Below, one piece after another: positions 1-8,933 of a stretch of DNA of 24,000 nt. This DNA comes from Chitinophaga sp. XS-30 (GTDB lineage Bacteria > Bacteroidota > Bacteroidia > Chitinophagales > Chitinophagaceae), in assembly GCF_008086345.1 (NCBI RefSeq), contig NZ_CP043006.1, positions 470,032 to 494,031 of the forward strand, written 5' to 3'. The position numbers were made by a program, and so were the translations under genes. The stretch's first letter is position 1; each line of letters opens with the position of its first letter. A model generated the notes under the pieces. That model worked only from the letters and a program-made list of their open reading frames with translations. It was not told the origin of the DNA and did no database searches.

Positions 1-919
1 AAATGAAGATGGCGTTCATGCCCACTACCACAGGTATCCAGGTGAAGCGCCGGTGGTCTTTCACATCGATCCACCAGTAGAGGGCAGCCAGGATGAGGGT
101 CACCCATCCCAGCGACGCCAGCACGAACCCGCCGGTACTGATCCTTTTGATGATGGGCGACAAACCGGAAAGGTCCGCCGCGTAACCCAGCACCAGCGCC
201 GCAATACCTGCTATCATCAGCAACTTTATTTTTGCTGCATTCCCGCGTTCGCTCATGAGCAGCTTGCCGGCGGTAACGCCGAGTATCGTATGCGCCGCGG
301 TTGGCACGCAATTGAAAGCCACCCATCCATCGGTATTGATCTTGCCCATCAGCAGCGTGTCCACATAAGCGCCGAAGTTATGCCCCTGCGTAAATGGCTG
401 ATCGAAACCCGGCACCAGCACCGTTCTGTACAGCACGTCGTTAAGCGCCACCATCAGCAGCGCTGCAACGATCTGCACGCGGTACGGTTTCCCGATCAGG
501 AACCAGGCAACGAGCGTGGTGAACGACAGCTGCGTCAATACATTCCACAACTCCCATACTAACCTGCCTGCATACACGCAGTGCAATGCGGTGCCCAGCA
601 GGAACAGCCGGAAGCTCCTCACGGCAATATGCCTGAAAATATCCCGCTCCGGCATGCCTTTGCTGCGCCTGCGCGTAACGGAAATGTACATGGCGGTGCC
701 GGCCATGAACATGAACGCAGGCTGTACCAGGTCCCAGAAACGGAGGCCATGCCAGGGATGGTGAAAAAATTGTGTAATGAAGGCATTGAACATACCGCCG
801 CCTTCCAGTTGGTGCAATGATTCATATACGCGGCAGCTTTCCCCCGCCAGCAGCAGCATGATCATGCCGCGCATCACATCGAGGGACAGCAGCCTGCCGT
901 CGGGTTTCAGTGGGATCAT
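1..919 (-). CDS. Membrane acyltransferase, heparan-alpha-glucosaminide N-acetyltransferase-like (DUF1624/DUF5009); first ~306 codons, 3' end runs off the window
   Basis: Absent from the ORF track because it has no stop inside the window. The minus-strand frame from ATG at 919..917 stays open to position 1. My translation: MIPLKPDGRLLSLDVMRGMIMLLLAGE...FFHHPWHGLRFWDLVQPAFMFMAGTAMYISV...VAFNCVPTAAHTILGV... The R-x-x-SLD-x-x-RG N-terminus and the H-x-x-W-x-G-x-x-x-x-DLV-x-P-x-F-x-F block are typical of this family, and several hydrophobic helices follow. The start lies 3 nt after the stop of the upstream PKD lipoprotein gene, suggesting one operon. Confidence 0.7.
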   Translation of the reverse strand, partial: MIPLKPDGRLLSLDVMRGMIMLLLAGESCRVYESLHQLEGGGMFNAFITQFFHHPWHGLRFWDLVQPAFMFMAGTAMYISVTRRRSKGMPERDIFRHIAVRSFRLFLLGTALHCVYAGRLVWELWNVLTQLSFTTLVAWFLIGKPYRVQIVAALLMVALNDVLYRTVLVPGFDQPFTQGHNFGAYVDTLLMGKINTDGWVAFNCVPTAAHTILGVTAGKLLMSERGNAAKIKLLMIAGIAALVLGYAADLSGLSPIIKRISTGGFVLASLGWVTLILAALYWWIDVKDHRRFTWIPVVVGMNAIFI

Positions 920-922
920 AGT

Positions 923-1774
923 CTATTCAAAGTTGATCAGTATTGCCGGTTGTGCTGGCGCCGGTATCCGGCCGAGGGTGGCGGACCAGTCGCTTTTCGT
1001 TGCGAAAATGCCCAGCTTCAGCGCCTGCGTGGCGGCCAGCCCTTTGAGCTTGGCGCGGGACAGGCGCATCTCGAATGTGAGCAAACCGCCGCTTTCCTCC
1101 ATGGCGCCAACGGTAAAGAACTCGGTGGTGCCGGTAAAATCGAAAGAGAATGCATTCTGCGCGCCCTTGTGATTGAAGGCATCCAGCCAGCCGTCCAGGA
1201 TGCTGCCTTCCAGCAGCACATCAAAACCGGCGCCGGTGATATCCGTGGTATATCCTGTAGTAGCATCATTATCGGTATCGAGGTAGATATCGTATATAGC
1301 GCCGCTGGACTGTGTGGTAGCTGCTTCGATGTACAGGTACACATACTGCGCATCGTAATCGAATTTGGCCGTTTTGAAAAAAGTTTCCCCGGCGCCGGGC
1401 GTTACGGTGTAGTCGTTCACGTTATCCCAGTCGGACAAACTGTTATCATTCATTTTTACCGGTGAGGTTTTGGCGATATAGATGACGGTGGAACCTTCCG
1501 AAATCCGACCGTCCTTTGTGGTAGCGTACAGGGTGGGCACATATTTGCCTTTGTCCGGGTACGTATGCACGGGACTTTCCTCCGTGGAAGTTTCCCCGTC
1601 CCCGAAATCCCACTGGTAGGACACGGCGCCACTGGTCTCATTGGTGAAGGTCACCGTTTTGTCCTCAATGCTCACGGTGTAAAAGATATCGGCTGCCGGT
1701 GTAACGTCATCTTTTTTGCAGGCGGCGAAACAAAGCGGCAGCAGCAACAGCAGTATATTGTTATTGATCTTCAT
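923..1774 (-). CDS. PKD-domain surface lipoprotein of the PUL (283 aa from preferred start)
   Basis: Track ORF is 923..1834. I prefer the internal ATG at 1774, which gives MKINNNILLLLLPLCFAACKKDD (signal peptide plus lipobox Cys) and lies 19 nt after the SusD-like stop. PKD signature: YQWDFGDGETSTEESPVHTYPDKGKYVPTLYATTKDG. The C-terminal ~170 aa form a beta-rich domain (DWDNV...YVYLYIE...IYLDTDNDATTGY); a glycan-binding role is only inferred from context. Confidence 0.75.
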   Translation of the reverse strand: MKINNNILLLLLPLCFAACKKDDVTPAADIFYTVSIEDKTVTFTNETSGAVSYQWDFGDGETSTEESPVHTYPDKGKYVPTLYATTKDGRISEGSTVIYIAKTSPVKMNDNSLSDWDNVNDYTVTPGAGETFFKTAKFDYDAQYVYLYIEAATTQSSGAIYDIYLDTDNDATTGYTTDITGAGFDVLLEGSILDGWLDAFNHKGAQNAFSFDFTGTTEFFTVGAMEESGGLLTFEMRLSRAKLKGLAATQALKLGIFATKSDWSATLGRIPAPAQPAILINFE

Positions 1775-1793
1775 GATAATCGGCATTAATGAA

Positions 1794-3308
1794 TTAAGGG
1801 TTCTGGTCGCATAAGCGGTTCGTCTGCACTTCATCGATGGGAATGTAGTAAATGATCCTCGCGGCGTCCCATGGCACGGTCATATTGGCATAACCGGCCG
1901 GCGCAGCGGCGAGGTTGATATCCGATTCCTTCAGGCCGGGCAGGTGGTAACCCCAGTACGCGCGGTTCATATTGCGCTTGTTGCGGTACACATCATAACT
2001 GCGGTGGCCTTCAAAAGCCAGCTCTATCCTTCTTTCCTTCAGCACAATATCCAGCGCACTCTTGCCTGCAGGCAACTGCCGGTTGTACAGCGCATTTTCC
2101 AGCCCGCGGTTCTTCCTGATCTCATCCACATTGTCCAGCGCGGTATTCATATCATCTTGTTTGGCAGCGGCTTCTGCTTTGTTGAGGTACATTTCCGCCA
2201 GCCGGAACATGATGGGAGAGCTGAGCGTAGGGCTGCCTCCCTGGAAAGAGAATTTGCTGATGTAATATATTTCGATGCCGTTCTTCTTTTGCAGGTTGCC
2301 GCCACCATCTTTCAGCGGTACGATGTATGACCAGCGCACATCTTCCGGGTGGGCGGACATGGTGTCGCGGAGCGACCGGGAAGCAAATTCCTCTCCCCAT
2401 CCCGAGTTCCCGTCTGAATACAGCATGGAAGCAATGGAACCGGCCTTCCCGTAATCATCCGCAGGCGTGAAGGCTACGCAGAAAATGGTTTCCTTTCCGG
2501 CTGTGGCATTGGCGAACAGCTGCGGGAAACTGGCGGCGGTCTCCAGCGTAAAGCGGCTGGAGCCGATCACTTTGTCCGCATAAAAAATAGCGCTGTCGTT
2601 CTTTTCTTCGTACAGGTAAGCTCTGGACAACAAGGCCCATGCGGCTTCGCGGGAAGCGAACTGCACACCGCGCGGCTGCGCCATCAATTCCGCTCCTTTC
2701 TCCGCATCGGCAACAACGGAAGCATATACTTCCGCAACGCTGGAACGCGGCTTCTGTGCGGGATCGCTGGTGGAGGTGCGCAGCACGATGCCGTCGGACG
2801 CAGGGTCATGCGAATAAGGCCGGGCAAATAACCGCACGAGGTTAAAATGGCAAAAGGCGCGCAGAAAATAACATTCGCCGATCAGCTGCCGGGTGTTGTC
2901 ATTCGGGTCCGGTATCGCTTCCGCCGAGGCGATCACAGTATTCACATCGTTGATGATCTTGTAGGAGATGTACCAGAAATAACGGCTGTTGGTCTGCGTG
3001 GCGGTATGGTCCAGCGAAAAGCTGTAATACAGCGGGTCGGTGGTCGTCTGTGCGCAAACGATATCGTCCGCCGCAAAATCGCTGAGTTGAAAATACTGGC
3101 GCAGGTACATGTTGTTGCCGTCTACCGTTCCGTTGAACGAAACATGATCTTTGAACAGGGCATAGGCGCCGTTCAAAGCCTGCCTGAGCCCTTCTTCAGT
3201 ACCGGTGAGCGTTCCCGTGTCCAGCGAATCGCTGGGGTTGATGTCTTTCAGACAGCCGGTCACCAGCAGCGGCAAGACGAAGATGATATATAAAAGTCTT
3301 TTTTGCAT
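1794..3308 (-). CDS. RagB/SusD-family nutrient-binding outer-membrane lipoprotein (504 aa)
   Basis: Lipoprotein signal MQKRLLYIIFVLPLLVTGC. Length and position (14 nt after the SusC-like stop) fit SusD. SusD-like blocks include ECYFLRAFCHFNLVRLFARPY, RLAEMYLNKAEA, VLKERRIELAFEGHRSYDVYRN and a C-terminal IPIDEVQTN. Confidence 0.9.
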   Translation of the reverse strand: MQKRLLYIIFVLPLLVTGCLKDINPSDSLDTGTLTGTEEGLRQALNGAYALFKDHVSFNGTVDGNNMYLRQYFQLSDFAADDIVCAQTTTDPLYYSFSLDHTATQTNSRYFWYISYKIINDVNTVIASAEAIPDPNDNTRQLIGECYFLRAFCHFNLVRLFARPYSHDPASDGIVLRTSTSDPAQKPRSSVAEVYASVVADAEKGAELMAQPRGVQFASREAAWALLSRAYLYEEKNDSAIFYADKVIGSSRFTLETAASFPQLFANATAGKETIFCVAFTPADDYGKAGSIASMLYSDGNSGWGEEFASRSLRDTMSAHPEDVRWSYIVPLKDGGGNLQKKNGIEIYYISKFSFQGGSPTLSSPIMFRLAEMYLNKAEAAAKQDDMNTALDNVDEIRKNRGLENALYNRQLPAGKSALDIVLKERRIELAFEGHRSYDVYRNKRNMNRAYWGYHLPGLKESDINLAAAPAGYANMTVPWDAARIIYYIPIDEVQTNRLCDQNP

Positions 3309-3322
3309 GATCGGTAATTTTT

Positions 3323-6300
3323 CTAGAAACGGACATTAACATTAAACAGATACTGACGGTTGTTGGGATACTTGAAGTCGGACACCCCGGGCATCACATA
3401 ACTGCCGGTGGTAATGGTCGTAGCCGGGTCCTGCCCCAGGAAATCCGTAAAGGTGTACACATTGTCCGCCGTGAGCGACAACGTTATGCCTTCCAGCTTC
3501 AATGCGCTGACCCAGGTTTTCGGCAGGGTATAGGCCAGGGCAATGTTGCGGATGGCCAGGAAGCTGCCGTCCTTCAGATAACGTGTAGACGTTTCCGTTG
3601 CATTGGCCGCATTCTGCGGGCTGGGCTCTGTGGCATTGTCCCCCGGCTTCGCCCAGGTACTGTAGCCGTCAGGCAATACGATCTGGTTATAATACGGTTC
3701 CATGCCGTCATTCATCACAAAGCGCAGGGAGTTGCTGAATACTTTATTGCCGGAGAGGAAGTAAGCATTCACGCTGAGCGAGAAATTCCGGTACCGCCAT
3801 TGTGAATTGAGGCCGCCCTGGAATCTGGGCAGGGCGGAACCGGCTTCCTGGTAAGTGGCGGCGGCATAATCGGAAGTAGCCTCGCGGCTGGTGATCTTTC
3901 CGTCCGCATCCCGAATGACCACTTCCCATTGCGGCGCGCCGGTCTCGCTGTTCACACCCAGCCATTTGGGCATGTAGAACTCGTAGAGGTTACCGCCATT
4001 CCGGTAGATCTGCGAAATGCTCCAGGTAGGCTGTGTGCGGATGATATCACTGGGCAGCTTTTGCAGCTTGTTGGAATTGAAGTTGATATTGATATCGGTA
4101 TTCCATTCAAAATCCGGCGTCCTGATATTTACGGTGCTCAAACTCAATTCTATGCCTTTATTGATGATCTCGCCTGCATTCTCCCAGCGCTGCTCAAAAC
4201 CGATGGACAGCGGTTGGGATACCTGCAGCAGCAGGTTTTTGGTGACGTTGTTGTACACATCCACGGTAAGGTTCACCCTGTTGAACAAACCGATATCGAC
4301 ACCCGCATTCAGCTGATGCTTGCTTTCCCAGGTGAGGTCCGGACTGGGCAGCTGTGAAGGTGTGGCGGCGGTAGCGCCGTTGTAATGACTGTTCAGCGCA
4401 AAGAGACCCAGGTAGCGGGAAGAGCCGATATCCTGCGTGCCGGTTACGCCGTAGCTCGCCCGCAGCTTCAGGTTATCGACAAACGGATGCTTTTGCAGGA
4501 AAGGCTCGTTGCTCATCAGCCATGCGGCGGAGATGGCGGGGAACGATCCGTAGCGGTTGCTTGCCGGGAAATTGGTAGAACCATCTACCCGGTAAGAACC
4601 GGTGAGGAAATACTTTTCGCGGTAACCGTAGCTCACCTGGGAGATGAATGACTGCAGGATCGCCTGATCGTTATACCCGTTCACCAGCTGGCTGTTGGAC
4701 ACTACGTTCAGCACCGTCAGCCCCACCGGGAGCCCTTTGCCGGATGCGCCCACCACTTCTGTTTTGCTGTTCTCGATGGCAATGCCTGCGAGACCGCTGA
4801 TGCTGTGCTCCCCTTTGCTGAAGTTGAACTTCAGCATGTCGTTGGAGATCACGCCATATCCCAGTGTACCAAGCTCGTTCAGGAAACCGGTGCCGCTATA
4901 TAATCCGGCCACAACCGGCGAATAATAATCGGTGCCTTTGTTGTAGCTGGCCGCGCCCCGGTTGTTGCTGGAGAAAGACAGCCAGTCCGTGATCTTTATA
5001 TCCAGGTTCAGGTCGTAGTTTACATTGAAACTCTTGTACGGATGATTGGAATTGCGGATCGTATGGATGGGATTCGTTTTGTCTCTGGACCACCATTTGG
5101 CCGTCGTATTCCCGTCCACATAAACAGGCTGTCCATTGGCATCATACGGATTGTCCCAGGGCATGTTCAGATAAGCATAGAACACATCTTCGTAGTTGAA
5201 GCTCTTGCCGCTGGCCGCGCTGATATTGATATTGTTGGTCACGCTGACGTTCTTTGAGAAATGATGCGTGGCATTACCGCGGAGATTGATGCGCTGATAA
5301 TCCGTGTTCAGGAAAGTGCCTTTCTCGTTATAATAGGTGATGCTGGTATAATATTCGTTCTTCTCGTTGCTGCCGCTGGCGGACAGGTAGATGTTCTGCA
5401 TGGGCGCTGTGCGGAACATGCTGGTGAGCCAGTTATAATCCTGGTCGCGCAGGGTCCGGGGGCGCTCGTCATAGAATTTGAGGAGGTCGATCTTGTAGGA
5501 GTTGTCGGTTGTACCGGGGATATAGTCGCGGTAAAACTCTTTATGCCGCTCATACAGCTGGCCGCCGTTCATCATGTTGATCTTCCCGAAGTCCGGTGTA
5601 CGGAAGCCGGTGGTGATCTTTGCATCAAACCTTGTTTTGCCGCTGCGGCCTTTTTTGGTGGTCACGATGATGACACCCGCATTCGCCTGTGAGCCATACA
5701 TGGCGGTAGCTCCCGCATCCTTCAATACCGTGATGTTCTCCACATCATTGGGATCGAAGTTCCCGCCAATGATGCCATCCACCACATACAGCGGCGTCTG
5801 GGACGCATTGACGGAAGATACGCCGCGCAGCCGTATTTCCGCGGAGCTGCCCGGAACACCGGAGCTGTTGACCACCTGCAACCCCGCCACTTTGCCCTGC
5901 AGCATGGAGCCTACATCATTGGTGGTCACATCTTTCAGCTGTTCCGCGGACACTACGCTGACGGCGCTGGTCAGCTCGCTTCTCTTTTTATCGCTGTAAC
6001 CTACGACCACGATCTCGTTAAAGCTCTTCGTGTCTTCTTCCAGCGAAACGTTCAGCGTACCGCCGCCGCGTGGCACACCGATCTCGCGGCTGGTGTAGCC
6101 GATGTTGCTGACCACCAGCACCGCTGCAGCCGGAATGCTTTTCAGCTGGAACATGCCCTGTTCGTTGGTCTGCGTACCGCGGGAGGTCCCTTTCACCATT
6201 ACGGTAGCACCGGGCAGCGGTGTGTTGTCCGCCGTAGTGATGCGGCCGGAAACATCGATCACCGTGTCTGCTACGGCAGGCGCCGCTGCAGGTGTTTCCA

Positions 6301-6595
6301 TCCTTTTGATGACGAAGCTGTTGCCTTCCAGGGTGTAGGCCAGCGGCTGGTCCTTCAGGAGAAGGTCCAGCACCTGCTGTACCGGAAGATCTTTAACGTG
6401 GAGGGAAACGGGACGGGAGCTGGATAACACTTTTTCGGAGTACACGATAGACACGCCCGTCTGGGTGATGACCTCGGCAAAGACCTTTCGCAGCGGCATA
6501 TTTTTTACGTCCAGGGTCACCTTCTGGGAGTATCCCGCTGCGCTGACATGCAGGCAGGTGATCAGAAGAAGGAATGCGGTCGCTTTGATCTGCAT
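3323..6595 (-). CDS. SusC/RagA-family TonB-dependent receptor with N-terminal STN (FecR-interacting) signalling domain (1090 aa from preferred start)
   Basis: Track ORF is 3323..6703. I prefer ATG at 6595 (MQIKATAFLLLITCLHVSAAGYSQ signal peptide). An STN-like extension follows (VTLDVKNMPLRKVFAEVITQTGVSIVYSEK...LAYTLEGNSFVIKR), then a carboxypeptidase-regulatory-like domain (VSGRITTADNTPLPGATVMVKGTSRGTQTNEQGMFQL), a plug (LQGKVAGLQV, NASQTPLYVVDG), and a long beta-barrel ending in ...NVNVRF (terminal aromatic). Confidence 0.9.
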   Translation of the reverse strand: MQIKATAFLLLITCLHVSAAGYSQKVTLDVKNMPLRKVFAEVITQTGVSIVYSEKVLSSSRPVSLHVKDLPVQQVLDLLLKDQPLAYTLEGNSFVIKRMETPAAAPAVADTVIDVSGRITTADNTPLPGATVMVKGTSRGTQTNEQGMFQLKSIPAAAVLVVSNIGYTSREIGVPRGGGTLNVSLEEDTKSFNEIVVVGYSDKKRSELTSAVSVVSAEQLKDVTTNDVGSMLQGKVAGLQVVNSSGVPGSSAEIRLRGVSSVNASQTPLYVVDGIIGGNFDPNDVENITVLKDAGATAMYGSQANAGVIIVTTKKGRSGKTRFDAKITTGFRTPDFGKINMMNGGQLYERHKEFYRDYIPGTTDNSYKIDLLKFYDERPRTLRDQDYNWLTSMFRTAPMQNIYLSASGSNEKNEYYTSITYYNEKGTFLNTDYQRINLRGNATHHFSKNVSVTNNINISAASGKSFNYEDVFYAYLNMPWDNPYDANGQPVYVDGNTTAKWWSRDKTNPIHTIRNSNHPYKSFNVNYDLNLDIKITDWLSFSSNNRGAASYNKGTDYYSPVVAGLYSGTGFLNELGTLGYGVISNDMLKFNFSKGEHSISGLAGIAIENSKTEVVGASGKGLPVGLTVLNVVSNSQLVNGYNDQAILQSFISQVSYGYREKYFLTGSYRVDGSTNFPASNRYGSFPAISAAWLMSNEPFLQKHPFVDNLKLRASYGVTGTQDIGSSRYLGLFALNSHYNGATAATPSQLPSPDLTWESKHQLNAGVDIGLFNRVNLTVDVYNNVTKNLLLQVSQPLSIGFEQRWENAGEIINKGIELSLSTVNIRTPDFEWNTDININFNSNKLQKLPSDIIRTQPTWSISQIYRNGGNLYEFYMPKWLGVNSETGAPQWEVVIRDADGKITSREATSDYAAATYQEAGSALPRFQGGLNSQWRYRNFSLSVNAYFLSGNKVFSNSLRFVMNDGMEPYYNQIVLPDGYSTWAKPGDNATEPSPQNAANATETSTRYLKDGSFLAIRNIALAYTLPKTWVSALKLEGITLSLTADNVYTFTDFLGQDPATTITTGSYVMPGVSDFKYPNNRQYLFNVNVRF

Positions 6596-6658
6596 AATGA
6601 TTCGTCTTTTTAGCGCCCGGGCGGAAACAGGGCCCGCCACCAGGGGAATTTTGGTTGA

Positions 6659-6681
6659 CAGCCCGCGCCGGATGCGGGCTG
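6659..6681 (-). promoter_or_regulatory. GC-rich stem-loop in the susC leader (8-bp perfect stem CAGCCCGC / GCGGGCTG, 7-nt loop)
   Basis: Inverted repeat read directly. It lies inside the stretch the ORF caller appended to SusC as an N-terminal extension. No U-run follows it on the minus strand, so it is not a canonical intrinsic terminator. Function unknown. Confidence 0.35.
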
Positions 6682-6820
6682 GTGCATTACACTTGAATTG
6701 CATACTTTTGTGGTGTTTGGTAGTACTTTGATTGATCTTACAGTGATTATTCAGGATACCAGATGTTATAGCGGGTTCCGATGGCCGTCGGGGCCCGTTT
6801 CTTTTCCGGTATGGATAATG

Positions 6821-6852
6821 TTAAATTCTGGTTGTTTTAAATTCTGGTTGTT
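6821..6852. repeat. Perfect tandem direct repeat, 2 x 16 bp (TTAAATTCTGGTTGTT)
   Basis: Read directly: 6821-6836 and 6837-6852 are identical. It sits in the fecR-susC spacer, 16 nt downstream of the fecR stop on the transcribed minus strand and about 225 nt upstream of the preferred susC start. Confidence 0.95.
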
Positions 6853-6867
6853 GCTAACGATAAACGG

Positions 6868-8022
6868 CTAAGGCAATACGATCACTTTTCTTCCTTCTAT
6901 GCTGAAATGATTGAATCCGCTGGCTTCCAGCAGGTCCAGCACGCCGGACAGGTTCAGGTTGCGGGAAATACCGCCGCCATAAAGCTCTGTACCGGGCGTG
7001 GCTTGATATACAATGTCCACATCATACCAGCGGGCCACTTCCCGCAGGATGGATGTCAGGGGCATATTATTGAATACGAATAACCCATTTTTCCAGGCGA
7101 TGATCTTGCTCACGTCCGCTTCCTGCACGGTGATGGTACGGCTTTCCTGGTCCAGCACCGCCTGCTGGCCGGGTTTCAGCAATTGCTGGGCAGCGCCGTC
7201 CTTCACCTGTACGGACCCTTCCAGCAGCGTGGTATTGACGGTAGCCTCATCTTTATAGGCCATTACATCAAAATGCGTCCCCAATACCTGCACTTCCATG
7301 GTGTTCACCATTACTTTGAAAGGTTGTTGCGCATTTTTCGCCACTTCAAAATATCCCTGTCCTTCCAGCTCCACGATCCTTTGCTCCCCTGTGAAGGCGG
7401 TGGGGTAACGGATGGAGGAAGCGGAGTTGAGCCAGACCTTCGTACCGTCCGGCAGGGTGAGCCGGAACCGGCCGCCGCGGGGGGTAGACAGCCGGTGATA
7501 TTGCAATCCCGCTTCCGCGTGCTGCGCCTGGTACACCAGCTGCCCGTTCTGCTGCATCACGCGGGTATGGCCACGGGTGATCACCTGGTTGCCGGTACTG
7601 TCCAGAGTTACAACGGAGCCATCCGCCAGGGTAAGCACCGCTTTGTTGTTCCCCGGCGCCACATCTCCATCCTGCAGCTGCGCGGATGTTGGGGCTGTTT
7701 GTTTATCTGTTTCAGGCCACAGGAATAAGCCGCCGGCCAGCACAAGCAGAACTGCCGCCGCTGCTGCGTACCGGAAAGGGAATAAGCGCCGCCGTTTGGC
7801 AGGCTGCTGCAGAATGCTTTGATACACCGCCTCATAATCCACTTCCGGAAGGGTTTCTTCCGGCGGGGCTTGCTGATAGGTCTCTTCCATGAAACGCAGC
7901 AACGCCTCATCATCCGCACCTTCGGGAAGGCAGGCGAACAGTTCTTCCATTTCCTCCCGGGAACAGGTTTTTGTGGTATATCGCTGCAGCAGGTACGTTA
8001 TTCTGGAAGGATCATGTGGCAT
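6868..8022 (-). CDS. FecR-family anti-sigma factor / transmembrane sensor (384 aa)
   Basis: N-terminal cytoplasmic anti-sigma region, a single TM helix (AAAAVLLVLAGGLFLW), and a periplasmic FecR domain (STPRGGRFRLTLPDGTKVWLNSASSIRYP...YFEV). The C-terminal DUF4974-like block (PLTSILREVARWYDVDIVY) is typical of Bacteroidota FecR proteins paired with STN-SusC receptors. Confidence 0.9.
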   Translation of the reverse strand: MPHDPSRITYLLQRYTTKTCSREEMEELFACLPEGADDEALLRFMEETYQQAPPEETLPEVDYEAVYQSILQQPAKRRRLFPFRYAAAAAVLLVLAGGLFLWPETDKQTAPTSAQLQDGDVAPGNNKAVLTLADGSVVTLDSTGNQVITRGHTRVMQQNGQLVYQAQHAEAGLQYHRLSTPRGGRFRLTLPDGTKVWLNSASSIRYPTAFTGEQRIVELEGQGYFEVAKNAQQPFKVMVNTMEVQVLGTHFDVMAYKDEATVNTTLLEGSVQVKDGAAQQLLKPGQQAVLDQESRTITVQEADVSKIIAWKNGLFVFNNMPLTSILREVARWYDVDIVYQATPGTELYGGGISRNLNLSGVLDLLEASGFNHFSIEGRKVIVLP

Positions 8023-8193
8023 AAAATCAGGCTTGTAACTATAAAGACGAATGGGCGGAGGAGAAGGACCGGGGAGATGGAAGATTTTTTTAAGTGGAAT
8101 GGCAGAACCTAAAGATCATGCCGTAAACCGGCCATGGGAAGCGGAAAGAAAATACCGTGAAGCATCAGCAAAATACCCGGGACCGGGATTCCG

Positions 8194-8787
8194 CTACAAA
8201 AAAGCCTTCAGGCACACCAGCTGGAACAGCACCGCCAGCAGCATGGAATGCTGCGCCAGGTAATACCGGATATATTTCAGTATCTCTACCAGGAGATTTT
8301 TAACGCGGCTTCTGGAAAGGTGGAGCTGCTGCCCTATTTCCTCATGGCTCAGGCCCTGATGCCGGCTGAGGTGGAATATCTTTTGTTTCTGCGGGGACAG
8401 GCGGGCGAGGGCTTTGCTGATGAGTGCCCTGCTTTCCCGGGCATCCAGCTGCAGCTCCAGGTCATCGGCTACCTCGGATATATTGGCCCATACCCGGTCC
8501 ATCAGTTTCTGCTGCAGGGCAACCTTCCGCAGATGGTCCAGCGTTTTGTTCCGCGCAATGGTAAAGATGTAATTGCCGAAATGTTCGATCTCCGGCAGTT
8601 GCTCCCTGCCCGTCCACAAACGGAGAAAGGTCTCCTGCAGAATGTCTTCCGCATCTACGGCGGAATGGGTGAGGTGATACGCAAACGCCATAACCTGCCT
8701 GCCATGCCGGGCATATAATTCCCGGAAGGCCGGTTCATCGCCCTCTTTCAGCTTTTTTAGCAAGTCATGGTCAGTCATCAGCGGCAT
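8194..8787 (-). CDS. ECF-type RNA polymerase sigma-70 family factor (197 aa)
   Basis: Region 2 (AFRELYARHGRQVMAFAYHLTHSAVDAEDILQETFLRLW) and region 4 HTH (LSPQKQKIFHLSRHQGLSHEEIGQQLHLSRSRVKNLL). Located directly upstream of fecR on the same strand. Confidence 0.9.
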   Translation of the reverse strand: MPLMTDHDLLKKLKEGDEPAFRELYARHGRQVMAFAYHLTHSAVDAEDILQETFLRLWTGREQLPEIEHFGNYIFTIARNKTLDHLRKVALQQKLMDRVWANISEVADDLELQLDARESRALISKALARLSPQKQKIFHLSRHQGLSHEEIGQQLHLSRSRVKNLLVEILKYIRYYLAQHSMLLAVLFQLVCLKAFL

Positions 8788-8880
8788 GCCCGGTAATCGG
8801 GATTTAGTCCATTGCCAATTTTAGGTAAATTATTGTGCTAAAAAAAGCGGAAACTGAAAAAGCGGTAAAATAAGGGGCAT

Positions 8881-8915
8881 AAAAAAAGGTGCGCCGGGTC
8901 ACGCGATGCACCTTT
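8881..8915 (-). terminator. Rho-independent terminator downstream of the oxidoreductase gene
   Basis: The minus strand reads AAAGGUGC-(15 nt)-GCACCUUU followed by further U (7 T in total). The plus strand shows aaaaaaaGGTGC...GCACCttt. It lies 19 nt after the stop at 8934 and before the sigma-factor promoter region. Confidence 0.6.
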
Positions 8916-8933
8916 CATATTCTCCCGCACTGC

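Noticed and set aside
53-1172. Plus-strand ORFs 53..562, 516..764, 581..820, 777..1172
   Set aside because: They overlap the minus-strand acyltransferase (1..919) and PKD lipoprotein genes, which have convincing family motifs. The plus-strand translations are Q/H/R/S-rich with no features.
6596-6703. 36-codon N-terminal extension of SusC (MQFKCNAPARIRRG...)
   Set aside because: It precedes a perfectly good signal peptide that starts at the ATG at 6595. The extension is Arg/Pro-rich and coincides with GC-rich hairpins, so it is more likely untranslated leader.
8023-8193. 171-bp gap between the sigma-factor stop and the fecR start, with plus-strand ORF 8051..8263
   Set aside because: The ORF overlaps the sigma gene 3' end on the opposite strand and has no features. 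I found no convincing repeat or hairpin in the gap, only a CCCGGG-containing near-repeat that cannot form a stable stem.
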